From: Desulfovibrio sp.
GTDB lineage: Bacteria; Desulfobacterota; Desulfovibrionia; Desulfovibrionales; Desulfovibrionaceae
Direction: 5' to 3'
Length of the DNA: 64,000 nucleotides
Assembly: GCA_016218665.1 (NCBI GenBank)
Contig: JACRDI010000036.1
Span: 183,414-247,413, forward strand
Shown: in pieces, positions 43,312 through 53,436 of the stretch
Numbering within the stretch: the first letter of the stretch is position 1
Layout: each line of letters opens with the position of its first letter
Program-made: the position numbers and the translations under genes
The notes under the pieces: generated by a model
Database searches by the model: none
What the model was told of the DNA's origin: nothing
The model's input: the letters and a program-made list of their open reading frames with translations, nothing else

Positions 43312-43617
43312 CTAGGCGTTGAGGGTGGCGCGCACTTCGGGGCGCTTGGTCGGGGTGGTCTGGGTGGCCTGGACGGTCTTCTGCTGGGTCTTGGCGGTGA
43401 TGCCGAGCGCCGTCCACAGGTTGGAGGCGAAGCCGCCGTGCACGTAGGACACGAGGAACACCGTGGCGATGGGCATGGCGGCGTACATGCCGCCCCGGGC
43501 GAACATCTCGGTGATGGGCGCGGCGAAATGGAAAATCCCCGCGTAGATGGCTGCGCTGGCCGCTCCGAACACGGCCATGCGCGCAAGCGCCTGCTTCTTC
43601 GTCAATTCCTGAGCCAT
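43312..43617 (-). CDS. Small membrane protein of the TauE operon
   Basis: GGGAGG RBS; two TMs; SYVHGGFASNLW..LGI; ends RATLNA. Confidence 0.75.
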   Translation of the reverse strand: MAQELTKKQALARMAVFGAASAAIYAGIFHFAAPITEMFARGGMYAAMPIATVFLVSYVHGGFASNLWTALGITAKTQQKTVQATQTTPTKRPEVRATLNA

Positions 43618-43684
43618 GTGATCCTCCCTTGCTTCAATGCTTGTTGGTGGCGGCGCGCCGCCGAAAAGTGTCCTTCCGCGCCCT

Positions 43685-44206
43685 TCAGCAGCGGAAGGAG
43701 AACTCGGGCACGAGCAGTGCCGCCTGCCGCCGCTCGCTCTCCAGACGGTCGGTGATGACGAACTCCACACGCCGGAGCTCCATGCTCACGGCGTTGAGGG
43801 CCTCGTCGCGCCGGCCGGCCCGCACGATGTGGGCGCAGGCCACGCCGTGGCGCGCGGCGTACGCGAAGAGCGACTCCGCGCCGCGGTGCGCGGCGGCGTG
43901 AAAGGCCGCGGCGTTGCGGGCGGGCTCGTGCACGCTCAAGAGCACCAGGTCGAAGCCCAGGCGTTCGGCCAGGCTCACGCTGTATTCCGCCAGGGCCTGG
44001 GGCACGCCCCCGGCCTGGGCCAGCACCAGGATCTTGCGGTGCTCGGCGTGGAATTCGCCCAGGATCTGGCGCGCCAGGTCGCCCTCTCCGGCCTCGGCCA
44101 TGGACAGGGCGGTTCCGTAGGCCTCGAAGGCCTCGCGCCAGCCGCCGCGCTGCTCAATGGCAACGCGCTGCGGCAGGGGTTCAGGCGTGCGGCGGGTCTT
44201 GGGCAC
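43685..44206 (-). CDS. USP-like protein with N-terminal AEAGE motif
   Basis: AGGGAG RBS then GTG; ALSMAEAGEGDLARQIL; YSVSLAERLG..LVLLSV. Confidence 0.65.
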   Translation of the reverse strand: MPKTRRTPEPLPQRVAIEQRGGWREAFEAYGTALSMAEAGEGDLARQILGEFHAEHRKILVLAQAGGVPQALAEYSVSLAERLGFDLVLLSVHEPARNAAAFHAAAHRGAESLFAYAARHGVACAHIVRAGRRDEALNAVSMELRRVEFVITDRLESERRQAALLVPEFSFRC

Positions 44207-44223
44207 GGGCGGCTCCCTGGCTT

Positions 44224-44394
44224 CTAGGCGTTGAGGGTGGGACGGGGACGCGCGGCCTTGCCCTTGGACTTGGCGGGCGAGGTTTCCTGGGCGCGGGTCT
44301 CGCGGCACAGGTCGCGGGCGTGCTGGTGCAGGCCGCGCTCGCCGAAGGCGGCGGCGGCGAAAGTGGTCTCCAAGTTGTCGCGCAGGCTGCTCAT
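44224..44394 (-). CDS. 56-aa small protein (MSSLRDNLETTFAAAAFGERG...RPRPTLNA), not in the ORF track
   Basis: AGGAGG RBS before ATG 44394; carries the AAAF.E.G motif related to the neighbouring gene. Confidence 0.7.
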   Translation of the reverse strand: MSSLRDNLETTFAAAAFGERGLHQHARDLCRETRAQETSPAKSKGKAARPRPTLNA

Positions 44395-44433
44395 GGCATC
44401 CTCCTGGTTGGCGTTCGTGTTGGCCCGGATATT

Positions 44434-44629
44434 TCAAGGCCCATGCCCGAAGCCGCGACGATGTTTTTTCTTTGAAATCGTTGATCTTTTTTCTTCTGGG
44501 CGATGGCTGAAGGGCCGAAATGGCGTTGCAATGCGCAACACCGGAGAGACCGCGAAAACGCGAATCGAAGCGAAATCAGGTGGTTACCCAGATGCAACAC
44601 GGGCCGCGGCAACCGTTGCGAAACGCAAC
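44434..44629 (-). promoter_or_regulatory. Putative sigma-54 promoter plus palindromic enhancer sites
   Basis: GGGCATG-GGCC-TTGA (minus strand, 44434-44448); GTTGC-N5-GCAAC at 44525-44539 and 44615-44629. Confidence 0.55.
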
Positions 44630-44750
44630 GGCGCTGCGCGGGGCGGATGATTCAGCCCGGAATCCCGTCGTTTTGACATCGCCGACGCTACGGGCGTATG
44701 CGGAAAAGACAGGGGGCAGGCCGTAGGGCCGGCCCGAGCGAGGAGCGCAC

Positions 44751-46778
44751 ATGATCTTCTTCAAGCGGAGCGACGAGGAAAACCCGGACCAGGCCAAGGG
44801 GCCGCACAACGACCTGGAGGAGCTGCGCGGCCAGGTCCGGTCGGCGCAGCTGCCCGAGGCCGTGGCGGCAATCGTGGCCAAGGAGCTCGGCAAGCTGGAG
44901 CGCACCGATCCCTCCGTGGCCGAGCACGCCATCGGCCAGGGCTACGTGGACTGGCTGTGCGGCCTGCCCTGGCGCAGCGCCACCGAGGATTGCCTGGACT
45001 TCGCCAAGGTGGAGCGCGTGCTCTCCGGCAGCCACGCCGGGCTCTTCCACGTGAAGGAGCGCCTGCTGGAGTACCTGGCCGGGCGCACGCTGGCGGCCGG
45101 GGCCGCGCCCCACGTGCTGGTGGTGGACGACGAGGAGATCGCCCGCATGAACCTGGAGCACGTGCTGAAGAAGGAAGGCTACGCCGTGCGCACGGCGGCC
45201 AACGGCCAGGAGGCCCTGGACCAGGTGCGCCAGTGGAGCTTCGACCTGATCATCACCGACCTCAAGATGGACAAGATGGACGGCATGGCGCTCCTGTCCG
45301 AGGCCGGCAAGCTCTCGCCCTCGACGCAGATCGTCATCGTCACCGGCTACGCCACGGTGCAGTCGGCCGTGCAGGCCTTGCGCACCGGCGCGGCCCACTA
45401 TCTCACCAAGCCCATCAGCCTGGACGAGCTGCGCCAGACCGCGCGCGAGCTTCTGGGCGCTCGCAAGGCCTTGACCCCTTCGCGCGGGCCGGTGCTCTGC
45501 TTCACCGGCCCTCCGGGCACGGGCAAGACCTCCATCGGCATGGCCATAGCCGAGGCCCTGGGCCGCAAGTTCCACCGCATGTCCGTGGCCGGCCTGCGCG
45601 ACGAGGCCGAGCTGCGCGGCCACCGGCGCACCTACGTGGGCGCCATGCCGGGCAAGATCATCCAGGCCCTGCGGCGGCTGGGGGTGAACAACCCCGTCAT
45701 CATGCTCGACGAGATCGACAAGGTGGGCCAGGATTTCCGCGGCGACCCCGGCGCGGCCTTCCTGGAGATCCTGGACCCGGAGCAGAACCGCCAGTTCCTG
45801 GACCTGTACATCGACGCGCCCTTCGACCTCTCCCAGGTCATGTTCATCGCCACGGCCAACGACCTTTCCCGCCTGGACGCCCCCCTGCGCGACCGCCTGG
45901 AGGTGGTGAACTTCCCCGGCTACACCGAGGCCGAGAAGGAGGGCATCGCCCTCAGGCATCTGATTCCCCGCCAATGCGCGGAACACGGGCTGACCCGGCC
46001 CTTCCCGGAGTTCACGCCCGATGCCGTGCGTGCCATCATCCGCGACTACACGGCCGAAGCCGGGGTGCGCGGGCTGGACCGCGAGATAGGGGCCGTGTGC
46101 CGCAAGCTGGCGCGCATGGCCCTCAAGGAAGGCGGCGAGGGCTACCCCGGACGCCTGGACGCCGGGCTCGTGGGCGCCCTGCTGGGGCCGCGGCGCTTCT
46201 CCCACTCGGCGGCGCAGGCGGCTCCCCGGCTAGGCGTGGTCAACGGCCTGGTGTGGAGCGACGCCGGCGGCGAGATCGTGCTGGTGGAGGCCGCGCGCAT
46301 GAAAGGCACGGGCCAGCTCCTGCTCACGGGGTCGCTGGGCGAGGTGCTCAAGGAGAGCGCCCAGACGGCGCTCAGCTACATCCGCGGCAACGCGGAGGCC
46401 TTCGCCCTCGATCCGGATTTCTTCGCGGCCCTGGACCTGCACATCCACATCCCCGCCGGGGCCATCCCCAAGGACGGCCCTTCGGCCGGGGTCACCATCC
46501 TCATGGCCCTGCTGTCGCTGCTCACCGGGCGCAAGGCCCGCCCCGGCGTGGCGCTGACGGGCGAGATATCCCTTGGCGGCATGCTGCTCCCGGTGGCGGG
46601 CATCCGCGAGAAGCTCCTGGCCGCCCAGCGCGGCGGGGTGCGCACGGTCTGCCTGCCGGAGGGCAACCGCCCCGAGGTGGAAACGCTTGAGCCGGACCTT
46701 CGCGCGGCGGTGGAAGTGGTGCTGGCGGCCCACGCGGCGGACCTTGTGGACACCGTGCTGGATGTGCCCGCGCGGTAG
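44751..46778 (+). CDS. lon: Lon protease (S16) with an inserted response-regulator receiver domain
   Basis: YVDWLCGLPW, VKERLLEYLA, then REC (VVDDE, TDLKM, TGY, KP), GPPGTGKT, GHRRTYVGAMPG, LDEIDK, PKDGPSAG, GIREK. Confidence 0.9.
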   Translation: MIFFKRSDEENPDQAKGPHNDLEELRGQVRSAQLPEAVAAIVAKELGKLERTDPSVAEHAIGQGYVDWLCGLPWRSATEDCLDFAKVERVLSGSHAGLFHVKERLLEYLAGRTLAAGAAPHVLVVDDEEIARMNLEHVLKKEGYAVRTAANGQEALDQVRQWSFDLIITDLKMDKMDGMALLSEAGKLSPSTQIVIVTGYATVQSAVQALRTGAAHYLTKPISLDELRQTARELLGARKALTPSRGPVLCFTGPPGTGKTSIGMAIAEALGRKFHRMSVAGLRDEAELRGHRRTYVGAMPGKIIQALRRLGVNNPVIMLDEIDKVGQDFRGDPGAAFLEILDPEQNRQFLDLYIDAPFDLSQVMFIATANDLSRLDAPLRDRLEVVNFPGYTEAEKEGIALRHLIPRQCAEHGLTRPFPEFTPDAVRAIIRDYTAEAGVRGLDREIGAVCRKLARMALKEGGEGYPGRLDAGLVGALLGPRRFSHSAAQAAPRLGVVNGLVWSDAGGEIVLVEAARMKGTGQLLLTGSLGEVLKESAQTALSYIRGNAEAFALDPDFFAALDLHIHIPAGAIPKDGPSAGVTILMALLSLLTGRKARPGVALTGEISLGGMLLPVAGIREKLLAAQRGGVRTVCLPEGNRPEVETLEPDLRAAVEVVLAAHAADLVDTVLDVPAR

Positions 46779-46851
46779 ACCGGGCGGGTTGACGCGCGTT
46801 TCCCCAAGGGCATATGCAGGCCGCCAGATTCGCAACGCCACAGGAGCCCCA

Positions 46852-48303
46852 GTGATCCGAACCGCCAAGATGTTCCGCCTCAACATCCGCCGCCGCGTCC
46901 TTCTGGGGATGCTGCTCTCGGTGCTCGCTGTGGGCCTCATCGGCACGGTGTCGTACCACTCGCTGGCGCAGATCGAGCGCAAGATGGGCTTCATCGAGGT
47001 CATCGACGACCTGGGAAACACCATCCTGGAGATCCGCCGCTACGAAAAGAACTTCATGCTCTACGGCCACCAGGAGGACTTCGAGTCCAGCCGGGAATAC
47101 GCGGCCAAGGCCCGGGACATCCTGGTGAAGCTGGAGGGCAACGCCGCGGAGTTCGGCCTGTCCCAGGAGCACAGCTCCCTCAAGACGGCCCTGGCCGACT
47201 ACGAAGCCCTGTCCGAGCGGCTTTTCCCGGAGCAGGGGCAGGCCAGCCAGAGCGAGCGCGACTCGCTGCGCGACACGGGCAAGCACCTGGTGGACCTCTC
47301 CCAGAAGCTGGTCGCCCACGAGCGTTCGCGCATCCTAAGCATCGTGCACGATCTGAAGCGCCAGCTGCTGCTCTCGGTGCTGGTGTTCCTGGGCCTGGGC
47401 GGCGGCTTCCTGCTGGTGCTCGGGCAGAAGACCATCAGCGCCCTGCGCAGCATAGAGCAAGCCACCCGCGAGGTCGCCCGGGGCTGCTTCACCCCCCTTG
47501 CCCCCACCGGCGGCGACGACGAGGTGGCCCGCGTCATGGGCGCCTTCAACCACATGACCGCGGAGCTGCAGCGGCGCCAGGACCAGCTGGTGCGGGAGAA
47601 GAAGCTCTCAAGCATCGGCGTGCTCACCAGCGGGGTGGCCCACCAGCTGAACAACCCCCTGAACAACATCAGCACCTCCTGCCAGATCCTCATGGAGGAA
47701 GGCGTCGAGGCCGACCCGGTCTTCGCCGCGCGCCTGCTCAAGAACATCGACGGCGAGGTGGCCCGCGCCCGCGACATCGTCAAGGGGCTGCTCGAATTCT
47801 CCCGCGCCAAGGAGTTCGAGCGCAAGCCCACGAGGCTCGCCGAGGTGGTGGCGCGCTCCGCCCGGCTGGTTTCCAGCCAGGTGCCCGCCGGGGTGGAGCT
47901 TGTGCAGAACGTGCCCGAGGACTTGACCCTGCACCTGGACGCCCAGCGCATGCAGGAGGTCTTCCTCAACCTGTTCATCAACGCCCTGCAGGCCATCAAG
48001 ACCCCTTCGGGGCGCATAGAGGTCACGGCCGAGGCTGATCCTGCGTCGGGACAGGCGGTCATCAGCGTGGAGGACACGGGCGAGGGCATAGCCCCGGAGG
48101 ACGCGGCGCGCATCTTCGATCCCTTCTTCACCACCAAGGAGGTGGGCAAGGGCACGGGCCTGGGCCTGTCCATCGTCTTCGGCATAGTGGAGCAGCACCA
48201 GGGCGAGATCAGCGTGGAGAGCGCGGCGGGCAAAGGCGCGCGCTTCATCCTCCGCCTGCCCCTGGCCACGCCCGCCGATGCCTGCGTGCAGGGGGAAGCA
48301 TGA
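46852..48303 (+). CDS. HAMP-domain sensor histidine kinase
   Basis: TM-periplasmic-TM-HAMP, AHQLNNPL, FDPFFTTKEVGKGTGLGL. Confidence 0.9.
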   Translation: MIRTAKMFRLNIRRRVLLGMLLSVLAVGLIGTVSYHSLAQIERKMGFIEVIDDLGNTILEIRRYEKNFMLYGHQEDFESSREYAAKARDILVKLEGNAAEFGLSQEHSSLKTALADYEALSERLFPEQGQASQSERDSLRDTGKHLVDLSQKLVAHERSRILSIVHDLKRQLLLSVLVFLGLGGGFLLVLGQKTISALRSIEQATREVARGCFTPLAPTGGDDEVARVMGAFNHMTAELQRRQDQLVREKKLSSIGVLTSGVAHQLNNPLNNISTSCQILMEEGVEADPVFAARLLKNIDGEVARARDIVKGLLEFSRAKEFERKPTRLAEVVARSARLVSSQVPAGVELVQNVPEDLTLHLDAQRMQEVFLNLFINALQAIKTPSGRIEVTAEADPASGQAVISVEDTGEGIAPEDAARIFDPFFTTKEVGKGTGLGLSIVFGIVEQHQGEISVESAAGKGARFILRLPLATPADACVQGEA

Positions 48304-49661
48304 GCCAGGGCCGTGTGCTTGTGGTGGACGACGAGGAGATCGCCCGCGAGAACCTGGCCCACGCCCTTGCGCGCTCCGGCTACGAGGCCATTGCCGTGGG
48401 CGATGCCCGCGGCGCCCTGGCCGAGCTTGGCAAAAAGCCCTACGAGCTGCTGCTGACGGACCTGAAGCTTGGCGACAGGAGCGACACCGACGGCATCGGG
48501 CTCATGGAGCGCGCGCGCAAGCTGCATCCCGCGCTCGAAGTGGTGGTCATGACCGGCTACGCCACCATCCCCGGCGCGGTGGAGGCCATGAACCGCGGCG
48601 CCTTTTCCTACCTGGCCAAGCCGCTGAACCTCGACGAGGTGCGCGCCCTGGCGGCAAAGGCCATCGAGAAGAGCCGCCTGCGCCAGGAGGTGCAGGAGCT
48701 GCGCCAGCGCCTGCGCGACCGCAACACGCCGCCGCTGCTGGTGGGCAAGAGCACGGCCATGGCCGCGCTGCTGAAGACCATCGCCCGGGTGGCCCCCACG
48801 GCCTCCACGGTGCTGCTTCTGGGCGAAACCGGCACCGGCAAGGAACTGGTGGCCCGCACCATCCATCAGCAGAGCCAGCGGGCGGGCCGCCGCTTCCTGG
48901 CCGTGAACTGCGGGGCCTTCAGCGAGGAGCTCCTCGCCGGGGAGCTCTTCGGCCACGAGAAGGGCGCGTACACCGGGGCCATGGAACGCAAGGCTGGACT
49001 GTTCGAGGCCGCCGACGGAGGCACGCTTTTTCTCGACGAGGTCGGCGAAATGACGCCGGCCATGCAGGTGCGCCTCTTGCGCGTGCTGCAGGAGCGCAAG
49101 CTCATGCGCGTGGGCGGCACCGCGGACATCCCCGTGGACGTGCGGGTCATCGCCGCCACCAACAAGGACCTGGCCGCCGAGGCCGAGGCCGGCACTTTTC
49201 GCCTGGACCTCTTCTACCGCCTGAACGTCATCACCCTGAGGCTGCCCGCCCTGGCCGAGCGGCGCGAGGACATCCCGCTGCTCGCCCGGCACTTCCTCAT
49301 CAAGTACTCGGAGACCCTCAGCCGCGAGGTGCGCGAACTCTCCCCCGAGGCCCTGGAGCTGCTGCTGGCCTATCCCTTCCCCGGCAACATCCGCGAGCTG
49401 GAGAACCTCATGGAGCGCGCCGTGGTGCTCTGCGACGGCCGCACGGTGGAGCCGCAGCACCTTCCGCCCGACCTGCAGCGGGACCAGGCGCGGCTCAAGA
49501 CATCGCGCCACGGCGGCCTGGCCACGCTGGAGGAGAACGAGCGCCAGCACATCCTCTGGGTGCTGGAGCAGTGCGAGGGCAACAAGACCCGCGCCGCCGA
49601 GATTCTGGGCATCGACCGGGCGTCGCTGTGGCGCAAGCTCAAGCGCGCCGGGCTGTCCTGA
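48300..49661 (+). CDS. Sigma-54-dependent response regulator (NtrC family)
   Basis: REC domain, GETGTGKE, GAYTGA, HTH. Confidence 0.92.
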   Translation: MSQGRVLVVDDEEIARENLAHALARSGYEAIAVGDARGALAELGKKPYELLLTDLKLGDRSDTDGIGLMERARKLHPALEVVVMTGYATIPGAVEAMNRGAFSYLAKPLNLDEVRALAAKAIEKSRLRQEVQELRQRLRDRNTPPLLVGKSTAMAALLKTIARVAPTASTVLLLGETGTGKELVARTIHQQSQRAGRRFLAVNCGAFSEELLAGELFGHEKGAYTGAMERKAGLFEAADGGTLFLDEVGEMTPAMQVRLLRVLQERKLMRVGGTADIPVDVRVIAATNKDLAAEAEAGTFRLDLFYRLNVITLRLPALAERREDIPLLARHFLIKYSETLSREVRELSPEALELLLAYPFPGNIRELENLMERAVVLCDGRTVEPQHLPPDLQRDQARLKTSRHGGLATLEENERQHILWVLEQCEGNKTRAAEILGIDRASLWRKLKRAGLS

Positions 49662-49804
49662 CAAAACAAGCTGACCAGGATTCCCGCGCGCTTCCGGCCC
49701 GGGGCTTACCACCGGGCGGGGCTCCCCCTCTTTGCCCAATCATCGCTCGCTTGCGGCACGCCCCAACGAGTTGATCCACGCAGTGCGTTTGTCTTGGATG
49801 TCGG

Positions 49805-49948
49805 TGACCTGCCCCCCGAAACCTGGACCATTCAAAGTGAGAAAATTCTCGTTTAGGTTTGGCCACCCCCGAACCGGAGGATTTTCCCATGAAGAAGTCG
49901 CGGTTCACGGATTCGCAGATCGCGTTCATCCTGCGCCGGGCCGATGAT
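49805..49948 (+). mobile_element. IS3-family left end with truncated orfA
   Basis: TGACCTGCCCCC terminus; GGAGG RBS and MKKSRFTDSQIAFILR at 49889. Confidence 0.75.
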
Positions 49949-49959
49949 TGGGGCTCGGC

Positions 49960-50327
49960 GAATCGTCAAGGCACGCGAACATATGCTCGGCCTGCTGAAG
50001 CGGGGCGGAAAGGTGTTCACGGTGATGATTCCAACCGTCCGCACCTGGACGCTCCTGCTCATCATGGGACAGATGATTCAGCCCGACAGCATCGTGTGCG
50101 ACAGCCTGCACAGCTACGACGCCTTGAGCCCTTCCGAGTTCCACCACGTCAGAATCAACCATTCGCAGCGGTTCGCTGGTCGACAAAACCACATCGACGG
50201 GATCGCGAACTTCCAGAACCAGACCAAGCGATATCTGCTCCGTTTCAACGACATTTCCACGGAGAGCTTTATACTGTTCTTGAAGCGGGCGGCGCTTCAA
50301 TGTCGGCGACCACAACGAGTTGCTTAA
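49960..50327 (+). pseudogene. IS1595-family (ISXO2-like) transposase fragment
   Basis: GLLKRGGKV, PDSIV, YDAL, RINHS, NHIDGIANF..Q.KR.L..FN; degenerate and 5'-truncated. Confidence 0.75.
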
Positions 50328-50413
50328 ACAGCACATAAACGGGCGAAACAGGCTCAGGAATGAGCTTTTGCCTGGCACTCATACCGCAGTGTCCAATAAC
50401 GCACTCTACAAGG

Positions 50414-51085
50414 CTAACCACCGGCAAACATGTTGGCCTTTAAGGCTTGTGTATAGCTTTCCACCCGGGCAGGGGGAATGTTTTTCAAAATAAATTGCTT
50501 GGAGTGTGGGGTAAAGCCGTGCTTGGCAAGGGGGAAGTCCATCCACCAGGCGTAAGTATACTGAATGAGTATGCCACCACGGGTGTTAAGTGCTTCATGC
50601 AGTTGTTGCTGAATCGTTGTTACCACAGCCTGAGGGAGCACCCTGAAAGGCAAAGAAGAGAGAATGGCACACAAGGAGGCATCGGGTGCGATTGCTTGCA
50701 GCAAGGCATTGAGCTGGCAGGCATCGCCCACAATCAGGGGAACCTGGGGGTAGCGTTTGCGAAAAGTTGCGGCAAACTGCCCGCATTTTTCAATGGCTAC
50801 AATACGCTGGGGGGGAACGCCTGCCCGCAAAAGCGCACCGGTAACACTGCCTGTGCCAGCGCCAAGATCTATAATCAGACCCTGGCGATGTTGTGGGACC
50901 ATGCAGACCATAGCTTCTGCAAGTTTTCTACTGCTGGAGCAAATGGCCCCAATAGAACGGGGCGTTTGCACAAACTGTTGCAAAAAGTGCAATAGAGGGT
51001 TTGTTTTGCACAGCACATAGCATACACTGTGGCGCTGCTTTTGACGCACTCTCCGTTGGGGGGTGGGAACAGAGATCATGTTCAT
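50414..51085 (-). CDS. SAM-dependent methyltransferase (PmtA-like phospholipid N-methyltransferase family)
   Basis: PRSIGAICSSSRKLA, IDLGAGTG, LSSLPF, QYTY, NIPPARV; low GC. Confidence 0.75.
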   Translation of the reverse strand: MNMISVPTPQRRVRQKQRHSVCYVLCKTNPLLHFLQQFVQTPRSIGAICSSSRKLAEAMVCMVPQHRQGLIIDLGAGTGSVTGALLRAGVPPQRIVAIEKCGQFAATFRKRYPQVPLIVGDACQLNALLQAIAPDASLCAILSSLPFRVLPQAVVTTIQQQLHEALNTRGGILIQYTYAWWMDFPLAKHGFTPHSKQFILKNIPPARVESYTQALKANMFAGG

Positions 51086-51153
51086 GGCTCCTGTTGCTGG
51101 AGGGGGGGGACATAAACTGATTGCGCAAAGTGTTTAACAACTCGCTGCAAAAG

Positions 51154-52670
51154 TTATTGTTGAGGTTGGTTGAAAGGCCAGTTCAAAGTAGTTTGAAAGG
51201 CACATTCTCCTTTCCTTGTTGTTTGGTACGCACTGAAGCTAAACCCATGCAGCACGGCAATGCGCTGAATAATGGAAAGACCAAGCCCACTGCCCAATTC
51301 TGTTTGCCCAGGGGGACGGATAAAACGTTCACCAAGGCGCTGCGCATACTGTGGTGCGATAGATTTGGCTGTATTGACAATGTCCAGGCTGTTTGCTTTC
51401 AGTGTTATGTCAATTGTTCCATGGGGCGGTGTATAGCGCACGGCATTGTCCAACAGATTGCGCAGTAACAAGAATACAAGCACCTGGTTTGCCAGGCAAG
51501 GCTGGCACGGTTCTTGTTCCTCAACATGCAGAGCAATGTGTTTGGCCTCTGCCTTTTGGCTGTATTCGGGCAATACGGAATGCAACAGAGTGTTCCAGTG
51601 AATGGGGGCTATAGGCTGGACTACAGCGCGGGCCTGGGCTTGATTGCCAGCAGCAGCTTCCAGGCGGGAAAGGGCAAGCAACTGCTCCACTAGGCGAGAA
51701 CACCGGTCTACCCCTTGTGCAAGAAAGTGGAGGGCCTCATCTCTTTTTTCAGGGGCAAGGCCTTTCTGCAGGGCCACCTGTGCCTGCACCCGCAGCCCGG
51801 CAAGGGGGGTGCGCAGTTCGTGGGAAGCATCGGCAATAAACGCACGTTCCCGGTGCAGCATGCTGCCTGTGCGGGCAAAGTAGCTGTTCAGGGCCCGCAC
51901 CATGGGCAACACTTCCGCGGGCACCCCCTTCTCTTCAATCGGGGTTGTGTCGTCCGGTTCTTTTGATGCAAGCTGTGTTGCGACAAGCCCAAGGGGGGCA
52001 AGTTCCCTGCCCAGAAAAAACATAAGTCCCAGCGGCAACACTGGCAGTAAAACAAGCCAGGGCAGAAGCTGCCGGGCGAGCATGTGGTAGACCATGTCCC
52101 GGCGAAATTCCAGATCTTGCCCCACGGCAATAAGGTGGCTGCCACTCGGGGAAGGAAGCCATACGATACGCCACGGTTCGTCGTCTCCTTGCAATTGTGT
52201 ATTGGTAAAGCCCCGAGCCTCTGGCTTGAACGGGAAGCGCTTGCCGTTTTCTCCGTCCGCCATTACCAGCGCGCCAGTATTAGTGAACACGGCAAAGGCC
52301 AAGGCTTCTTTTTCATGTTCGCCTTTGGGGAATTTGCCAGCTCTAGCAATGAGCTTGGGCGGGGGGGGGTGCTCAGAGGTAAGTTGCCCGCAGCAAGACG
52401 CTGAGCAAACAGCATTTGCTGGGTATCGAAAAATTCATCGATGGTTGTGCTGGATTCATACCAGGCTATCAGGGCGGTGACGCACCAGACAACAAGAAGC
52501 CCCCCCCCAAAAAAAGCTAGCAGCCGCAAGCGTAAACTGTTTTTGCCTGCATAGCACCATGCGTTGAAGTGCTGGCGCAGCCATGATCCGCCTTGTGTCG
52601 CCAGCGTTGTTCCACGGGCAATTATTCGTGGAATTATTTTGTCTGCAGTTGCCATTGGTTTGTCTCTCAC
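51154..52670 (-). pseudogene. qseC: QseC-like sensor kinase split by a frameshift
   Basis: N-part 52263-52670 (SLRLRL..., EFFDTQQMLFA); C-part with ADASHELRTPL and GSGLGL; the shift falls at the G9 run 52361-52369. Confidence 0.8.
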
Positions 52671-53329
52671 AACATTTCCCCAAGCTGGTAGCCAACGCCG
52701 TGTACTGTTTTAATGCTGGCAAAACCAAGCTTGCGTCGTATGCGATGCACAAGCACTTCAATGGCGTTGGCTCCGGCTTCCTCCTCCCAGGTGTACAGCT
52801 TTTCTTCAAGGCTGCTTTTGGAAAGAGTTTGCCCGTTGTGCAAAAGCAAAATTTCCAGCAACATCATTTCCTTGGGGCCAAGGGCCACGGGTTGTTCCCC
52901 AAGCAAAACAAGGCGGCTGGCAGGGTTGAAGCTGAGGGTTCCATGCTGCAACAAAGGCACTGGTACCCCGTGCCTGCGGCGTATAAGCGCCCTGAGGCGT
53001 GCCGCAACCTCGTCAAGGTCAAAGGGTTTGCCGAGGTAATCGTCCGCCCCCAGGTTCAATCCCTCCACCCGCTGTTCCGTGGTGTCTCTGGCCGTCAGTA
53101 CCAGCACGGGCACTGTATGCCCGGCAGCCCGCCATTGTTGCATAATATCCAGGCCATCTGTGCCGGGCAAGCCAAGGTCGAGAATAACGGCGTCATAACT
53201 TGCAGTGCGCAACGCATTGCAGCCTACGGTGCCGTCTTTGAACCAGTCCACGGAAAAGCCGTGCATGGGCAGCCCGACAGCCAGACCGTTGCCTATAAGG
53301 ATATCATCTTCAACAAGGAGAATGCGCAT
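52667..53329 (-). CDS. qseB: QseB/PmrA-like OmpR-family response regulator
   Basis: MRILLVEDD, LDLGLPG, GADDYLGKPF, IKTVHGVGY. Confidence 0.88.
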   Translation of the reverse strand: MRILLVEDDILIGNGLAVGLPMHGFSVDWFKDGTVGCNALRTASYDAVILDLGLPGTDGLDIMQQWRAAGHTVPVLVLTARDTTEQRVEGLNLGADDYLGKPFDLDEVAARLRALIRRRHGVPVPLLQHGTLSFNPASRLVLLGEQPVALGPKEMMLLEILLLHNGQTLSKSSLEEKLYTWEEEAGANAIEVLVHRIRRKLGFASIKTVHGVGYQLGEML

Positions 53330-53436
53330 ATTCTTTTCGACTTTTACTGTTTGTTGTTAACTCGGCTCTATGCGGCTGGCGAAATTATGTCTGCCACATA
53401 GAGACGTTGGTCAACAGTTTTGGGGCTGGATTGTTG

